A stretch of DNA of 64,000 nucleotides from Polyangiales bacterium. Its GTDB lineage: Bacteria; Myxococcota_A; Polyangia; Polyangiales; Polyangiaceae. This document shows positions 59,266 to 64,000 of this stretch, in pieces. Made by a program: the position numbers and the translations under genes. The notes below the pieces were generated by a model. That model was not told the DNA's origin. It worked only from the letters and a program-made list of their open reading frames with translations, and ran no database searches. How positions within the stretch are numbered: the stretch's first letter is position 1; every line of letters begins with the position of its first letter. The stretch lies in the NCBI GenBank assembly GCA_038246305.1, contig JBBRRP010000009.1, positions 1,076 to 65,075 on the forward strand, given 5' to 3'.

Positions 59266-60533
59266 TGCTCGGACGGTTCGCGCTCTTCGGGCTTGGCTGC
59301 CTCGCATTCGCTTGCGCGTCCCCGAGGGTAGTGAAAACGGCGCTCGATGGCGATCTGCCAGCGCTCAAGCGTGAAGTGGCGGCCGCCAAAAAGCGTGGTG
59401 AGCTGGATGAAGGAACGGTGCGCGAGCTGGCGCTGGCCGTTCTGCGACGCGAGATAAGCTCGCTCCACGGAGCTTATGCACCCGCCCTTGTGGCATCATT
59501 CTCGGGTTGCGCTCGGCATGTGGTGAACGCACTTGAAGCCCGCGCGCAAACCGGCGGCGAAGTGGCGGCGGCTGCCGATCGCTTGCTGTTGGAGCTCGGC
59601 GAGCTTTCGCCCGAAGAGGCGATCAAGCGTTTCGCAACGTCCGATGAGGGTGCCTTTCGGGCTGTTGCCGCCGAAGCGGCCGTGGGCCCCGAGTATGGTC
59701 AGATGCGCCGCCACTGGCTGCTAGACCCCGATCCAGACGTGCGTGCCGGCGCCCTTCGTGCGACGTTAGCCAAGAGTGATCCGAAGGATACCGAGGTTCT
59801 GTTCGAGACCTCGCGCGTTGATCCTGACCCGCTCTGCCGAAGCTTGGCCCTGCGGGGACTCGGGCAATTGGGCACGCTGCGCGCGGTGCGCGTTCTTCGA
59901 GATCGGTTTGCCCTAGCCGACGAAACCACCCAGATGTCGATCGCCGAAGCCTGGGCGTTACCGAACGCAATGCGGGCTGGCGGTGAAGCCATGCTGGTCT
60001 GGCTTGCGGAAACCGGTGACGGCCTGCCCGCGCTTAGCGCCGCAGCCGGCCTCGTGCGACATGCTGGAAAGCAGCGAGAGCTGGGCGCAGCAGTGCTGGT
60101 GCGGTTGATGGAACAAGGCGCATTGAGCGAGCGGCGTGTGGCCATCGCGTTGGTGCCTCTCGATTCAGCCCCGGTTGTAGCGGCGCTTTGGCAAGCTAGC
60201 GCGAAGGACGTCGATTTAGGCCTGCGCGCGTCAGCCCTGGGCCGGCTCATGAACGCCCCGGCAGAGACGGCCCGGGCAACGAAGAAACTGAAACTGCTCC
60301 TGGGCGGGAAGAACGAAGCGGCGTTCATTTCAGAGCAGGCGCTTGCCCGAGCTGGAGATGAGAGCGTTGCCCCGGCGCTCGCTCAGCACCTCGCGAAAGA
60401 TGGCGTGGAGCATCGCCGACTTGCAGCGCTGGCGCTCTTAGACTTGAAGAGTTATTCTGAGGTTGCAACGGCTCTCGCGGATGAGCATCCTCGGGTGCGA
60501 GCCTCCGTCGCGTGCGAAGTCGTGCGACGCTGA
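59265..60533 (+). CDS. HEAT-repeat protein with N-terminal signal sequence
   Basis: 422 aa. Repeated DPDPDVRAGALRA / DPDPLCRSLALRGLG / HPRVRASVA helix-pair motifs are present. The start overlaps the pyrG stop (TAATG). Confidence 0.6.
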   Translation: MLGRFALFGLGCLAFACASPRVVKTALDGDLPALKREVAAAKKRGELDEGTVRELALAVLRREISSLHGAYAPALVASFSGCARHVVNALEARAQTGGEVAAAADRLLLELGELSPEEAIKRFATSDEGAFRAVAAEAAVGPEYGQMRRHWLLDPDPDVRAGALRATLAKSDPKDTEVLFETSRVDPDPLCRSLALRGLGQLGTLRAVRVLRDRFALADETTQMSIAEAWALPNAMRAGGEAMLVWLAETGDGLPALSAAAGLVRHAGKQRELGAAVLVRLMEQGALSERRVAIALVPLDSAPVVAALWQASAKDVDLGLRASALGRLMNAPAETARATKKLKLLLGGKNEAAFISEQALARAGDESVAPALAQHLAKDGVEHRRLAALALLDLKSYSEVATALADEHPRVRASVACEVVRR

Positions 60534-60548
60534 CGCCGCTCTCGGCAC

Positions 60549-62066
60549 TCAAATCTGGATAGTCTTCCAGTCCCCACCACGGAATTTAATAAACATCACC
60601 GTCGTTAAGAGGAGTGCATACACGACTGCGGAACTCCAGATACCGACCAATCCAAAACCGAACGTGATCCCGAGGAGCCAGGCCAACGGCACTAAACATC
60701 CAAAGTGGAGAATCAGCTCCACCACCATCACAAACCGCGAATTGCCAGCGCCGAAAAGCGCTTGGGTCAAAATCATACCCGCCGCGATGCACGGCGTGCA
60801 CACACCCATCATCTGCAGCGGCACAAGCGCCGCTTCTCGAACAGCTGGGCTCTGGCTCACAAAGGCTAAGATCTGGCGTGGAAATACCAAACCTTCCAGA
60901 AGCCCAATGAGTCCGAAGATCACGACGCCGAGGCGTACGGAGACCCAACCAAAACGCTCCGCCTTGTCCCCATCTCGCTCACCGAGCGATTGACTCACCA
61001 GCGTTGCCGTGGCGGTGCCAAAAGCCAAACACGCTGTGAATGTGAGCTTCACGATGCCAACGATCACGGTGGTTGCCGCGCTGTTGACCGCTTCATGCTC
61101 ACCGCCCGGGCACGCTCCCTGAACCAAGCCCGCGGGGGAGATGGCATCCAAATGCCCCACGATGCCAGCAAACAATCCAAAGCCCGTCATGACAGCAAGC
61201 GTCGCAACGCCGCTTGGCACGGACAGCCGCAAGATATCTGAAGTCAGCTTGGGCGAGAGCACGCTCAGATCGAACGGCGCATGGGGACCTCGGACACGTT
61301 TGCGTGCGGCCCATGCCACCATGATCGCGAGCCCAACCCAAGTTGCGATGAAACCAGCGAGTCCCGCGCCGGCAATCCCCATCCTTGGAAAACCCCAGTT
61401 GCCAAAGATGAGCCCCAAGCAGAGCACAATGTTGAGGGCGTTCATCACGACAGCACTCGCCATGTGTACATGTGTCGCACCAATCCCGTCAAAGAAGGAC
61501 TTGAACGAGAACGTCATCACCATTGAAGCGATGCCGAGCAGACGCCAATTGAGGTACGCCTGTGCCGCGGCACGCACGTGCGGCACACTCAGCCAAACAC
61601 TGAGGATTTTCGGCAGAGCAAGATACGCAACGGCCGTGAGCAGGACACTCGCCACCAGCGAGAACACCCAGGAGTTGACGAGTACCGCGCCAGCATCTTT
61701 GTTCTTACCCTCGGCGAAGCGACGCGCGGCGATGGCTTGGGTACCTACCGAAATAGCGCTGAGTGAGCCACCAAATAACCACAGCAGAACGAGCGACGGG
61801 AAGAGCGCCGCTTGTGCGGTAGAGGACTCAGGGCAAGGCAGCCATGAGAAAAAGATGATGTCGATCTCGTTCACCACGCTCTGCGTGAGCATGGCGAGCA
61901 CCGTCGGGGTCGCGATTTTCAGGACAACTGCGTACGGCGATCCTACCGTAACAATGTTGACCCGAGGATTGAGGGCAGGTGAGGCCATTACAACGAAACT
62001 TGAGCCAGCTTCATTGGCCGATTCGGCCAATTCTGCAAGCGGTTTGTGGCGCCCCGCTGGTGACAA
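60549..62066 (-). CDS. MATE-family efflux transporter
   Basis: 505 aa with about 12 TM helices in two similar halves and a MATE-like N-terminus (...LAMLTQSVVNEIDIIFFSWL...). The family call is from topology and motif memory. Confidence 0.75.
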   Translation of the reverse strand: MSPAGRHKPLAELAESANEAGSSFVVMASPALNPRVNIVTVGSPYAVVLKIATPTVLAMLTQSVVNEIDIIFFSWLPCPESSTAQAALFPSLVLLWLFGGSLSAISVGTQAIAARRFAEGKNKDAGAVLVNSWVFSLVASVLLTAVAYLALPKILSVWLSVPHVRAAAQAYLNWRLLGIASMVMTFSFKSFFDGIGATHVHMASAVVMNALNIVLCLGLIFGNWGFPRMGIAGAGLAGFIATWVGLAIMVAWAARKRVRGPHAPFDLSVLSPKLTSDILRLSVPSGVATLAVMTGFGLFAGIVGHLDAISPAGLVQGACPGGEHEAVNSAATTVIVGIVKLTFTACLAFGTATATLVSQSLGERDGDKAERFGWVSVRLGVVIFGLIGLLEGLVFPRQILAFVSQSPAVREAALVPLQMMGVCTPCIAAGMILTQALFGAGNSRFVMVVELILHFGCLVPLAWLLGITFGFGLVGIWSSAVVYALLLTTVMFIKFRGGDWKTIQI

Positions 62067-62105
62067 TCCTCGATCCAGGCGGTGCGCGACCGCGCAAGCT
62101 TTGGC

Positions 62106-64000
62106 TCAATCCAGCATGGAAACAGTTTGAGCGTCGCCCAATCCGAGGGCGTGATGCGCTGCTTCTTCAGTACGACCGACGGCGCGAAGCATGCGGATCA
62201 GGTTGCGTTCTGCATCCGGGCTAGAGTCAATTGCGGTCCATCGGCGCGCTGCGCGCAATGCTTCGCCCCAGGCCTTTGCCTTGGCACCCGTCTCCGACCA
62301 AGCTCGGAGCACTCGCGGCTCGGTGGGATATTTTTTCGCGAGCGTACGGGCTTCTCCAAGCGCGAGCACCAGATTGCCCCGCTTGAGCCGTTCGGCGATT
62401 TGCTCAAGTTCAACCTGGAACGCCGTTTGGGCCAGCAGCGGGTTGGATGCCTCGCGTTCCGTTTTAGGCGCCTCGGGGACCACTTGCTCAGGAGCCGTTG
62501 GCGGAGGAACGCTAAGACCTTGGTTCGGCGCCACGGGCGATGGGGCTGCCTCTGGGACCGAGACGCGTTCGAGCGGAAGTGAAGCAGCCTTAAGAGTTAA
62601 CCTATGAGCGATGGATATCGCTTTCGCACCGGGTGGAGCGTCCGTGGCGCCCATCACCTTGGCCATGAAGTTTTCGGCCAATCCCTTGACATGGGCCTGG
62701 GTCAATGCTTCGACATTATTAGCCTGCGCGAACGCTTCAACACGGGCTTTTTCGAGCCATTTCGGGCCCATTTTCTGAACTGCGAGCAGGCCGGCACCAC
62801 CGAGCAAGGAAGCTGCTGCTGCCATCACGATGACGGCTCGCTGCCGACGCGCACTCCGTTGGGATCGATTGAGCACGTCGAGCAGTGCGTCTCGAAAGGC
62901 GTGTGCACTCGAAAAGCGGAGCTCGGGGTGGCGCTCCAGGGCTTGCGCGAGCACTTTCTGAAGGCTTCGCGGGAGGCCACGCTGAGGCGCGCGCTCGCGG
63001 ATCGGGAGCGCATCTTTGCAGCACTTGGCTCGAAGCAACGCAGCGAAACTCTCCGCGCGATGCGTTGGATGCCCCGTCACGAGCTCATACAAGACGGCTC
63101 CGAGCGAGTAGATATCACTCCGAGCATCCCCAGATTGCCCGCGTGCTTGCTCAGGGGACATGGTTTCTGGAGTGCCCACCACGTGCAAGGTGCCCTCCGC
63201 AGCGTCCGTCACTTCGCTGGTAGCTTTTGCGACTCCAAAGTCTAACAGCTTGAGCACGCCGTCTTCGGTGAGAAACAAATTCTGAAGCTTGATGTCGCGG
63301 TGAACCAGGCCCCGCTCATGGGCGGCTTCCAACGCCGAAAGTGCCTGGAGACCCAGCTGGCACGCCTCGCGAAAGTCCATACCGCGTTTTCTTTCAAGGT
63401 ATTTATCGAGAGTTTCGCCCAAGAGCCGCTCCATCACGAAGAACGGACGCCCATCAGCGGAAAAGCCAAAATCATGCACTTTGGCCAGATTCGGGTGCTC
63501 AAATCCAAAGACCAATTTCGCCTCGGAGCGCAGCCGCTCTTTGGCCTCGACTTCTTCACAAGCTTCAGGGCCGAGGAGCTTCAGTGCAAACACCTGATCG
63601 AGATCCACATGGAAGGCTTCATAGACGATTCCGTTGGCTCCCCTACCGAGTTCCCGCGCCAGCCGATAGCGGGTTCCTGGCAAAAGCGCCGAGACGCTTG
63701 GCTCGATGAAGCCTTCCGCCGGCCGTTGGACGCTGTCTAACTTCAGGCTCTTGGCGCGCTGCACGAGATCAGAAAACTCCGAGCGCGTCTTCTGGGGCTC
63801 GCCGGCAAACAGCTGACTCATGATTCTGCGCACTCTCGCTTGTGTGGTGCTTTCTCCCGGCGGGAAGCTCGTTGAGCTCGAAAGCAGCTGGACGAGATCA
63901 ACAACGGCCGCGCGCGCTGAGGAATAGCGTTGCTCAACCAGCGTTGCCGTCAGCTTAGCTATGATGTTATCTAGCTCAAGCGGGCAGCCCGAAATTTTTT
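62106..64000 (-). CDS. Ser/Thr protein kinase with C-terminal TPR-like region; ORF remains open to the right window edge (5'-partial, possibly tandem-kinase)
   Basis: Kinase motifs: GRGANGIVYEA, HRDIKLQNLFL, DFGVA and GTPETMSPEQ. The track start GTG 63833 is only the first start codon inside the window. The same frame has no stop up to nt 63999. There it encodes ...GCPLELDNIIAKLTATLVEQRYSSARAAVVDLVQLL, which looks like kinase subdomain XI. Confidence 0.7.
   Translation of the reverse strand, partial: KISGCPLELDNIIAKLTATLVEQRYSSARAAVVDLVQLLSSSTSFPPGESTTQARVRRIMSQLFAGEPQKTRSEFSDLVQRAKSLKLDSVQRPAEGFIEPSVSALLPGTRYRLARELGRGANGIVYEAFHVDLDQVFALKLLGPEACEEVEAKERLRSEAKLVFGFEHPNLAKVHDFGFSADGRPFFVMERLLGETLDKYLERKRGMDFREACQLGLQALSALEAAHERGLVHRDIKLQNLFLTEDGVLKLLDFGVAKATSEVTDAAEGTLHVVGTPETMSPEQARGQSGDARSDIYSLGAVLYELVTGHPTHRAESFAALLRAKCCKDALPIRERAPQRGLPRSLQKVLAQALERHPELRFSSAHAFRDALLDVLNRSQRSARRQRAVIVMAAAASLLGGAGLLAVQKMGPKWLEKARVEAFAQANNVEALTQAHVKGLAENFMAKVMGATDAPPGAKAISIAHRLTLKAASLPLERVSVPEAAPSPVAPNQGLSVPPPTAPEQVVPEAPKTEREASNPLLAQTAFQVELEQIAERLKRGNLVLALGEARTLAKKYPTEPRVLRAWSETGAKAKAWGEALRAARRWTAIDSSPDAERNLIRMLRAVGRTEEAAHHALGLGDAQTVSMLD

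Noticed and set aside
61141-62130. 329-aa plus-strand ORF
   Set aside because: It is antisense to the MATE transporter gene. It is Ala/Thr/Ser-rich without hydrophobic or catalytic motifs.
1-64000. tRNA, rRNA, tmRNA, RNase P or SRP RNA genes in the intergenic regions
   Set aside because: I scanned the intergenic stretches by eye for T-loop GGTTCGAATCC-type boxes, CCA ends and the conserved RNase P, SRP and tmRNA motifs, and found none. This is a manual scan, so a covariance-model search could still find something.

Overview
The window is about 60% GC and densely coding, with roughly 50 protein genes. I found no rRNA, tRNA, CRISPR array, integrase or transposase. The gene content suggests a Myxococcota-type chromosome, which is an inference. 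It rests on DUF1592/DUF1552 gene pairs, several eukaryotic-like Ser/Thr kinases, Gly-rich lipoprotein linkers, and an alternative complex III next to a caa3 oxidase.

Most of the window is housekeeping:
- glyQS, carB, rpmI-rplT-pheS and pyrG
- a group-2-like sigma-70 factor and ctaB
- dacB and a Slt-type lytic transglycosylase
- a 13.5-kb respiratory supercluster, actABC-actD/E-actF, then an unknown gene, SCO1 and caa3 oxidase subunits II/I/III/IV

I did not find a clear, complete novel multi-gene system such as a defence island. The observations most worth a second look are:
1. A 209/203-bp direct repeat of the 3' end of an SDR gene brackets 5.0 kb. That interval holds a G11 tract, a DUF4143 AAA ATPase, an AbrB-type antitoxin stub with no toxin, and glyS-glyQ.
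2. A secreted protein carries a very regular 19-residue, 4-Cys repeat with 20 Cys in 100 residues.
3. An AraC-linked three-gene operon encodes an unknown 347-aa protein, an ADP-ribosylglycohydrolase-like protein and a Gfo/Idh/MocA gene. The last gene is freshly decayed by two frameshifts and one amber codon.
4. The respiratory cluster has three unusual features: an ActD-ActE fusion, an extra Pro/Ala-rich membrane protein, and a CoxIII with a His-rich N-terminus and a loop insertion of about 110 aa.
5. The kinase ORF at the right edge stays open to the window end and appears to contain a second, upstream kinase domain.
6. Two long non-coding gaps, after pheS and before actA, carry structured elements.

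All family assignments come from motif recognition by eye, not from database searches.
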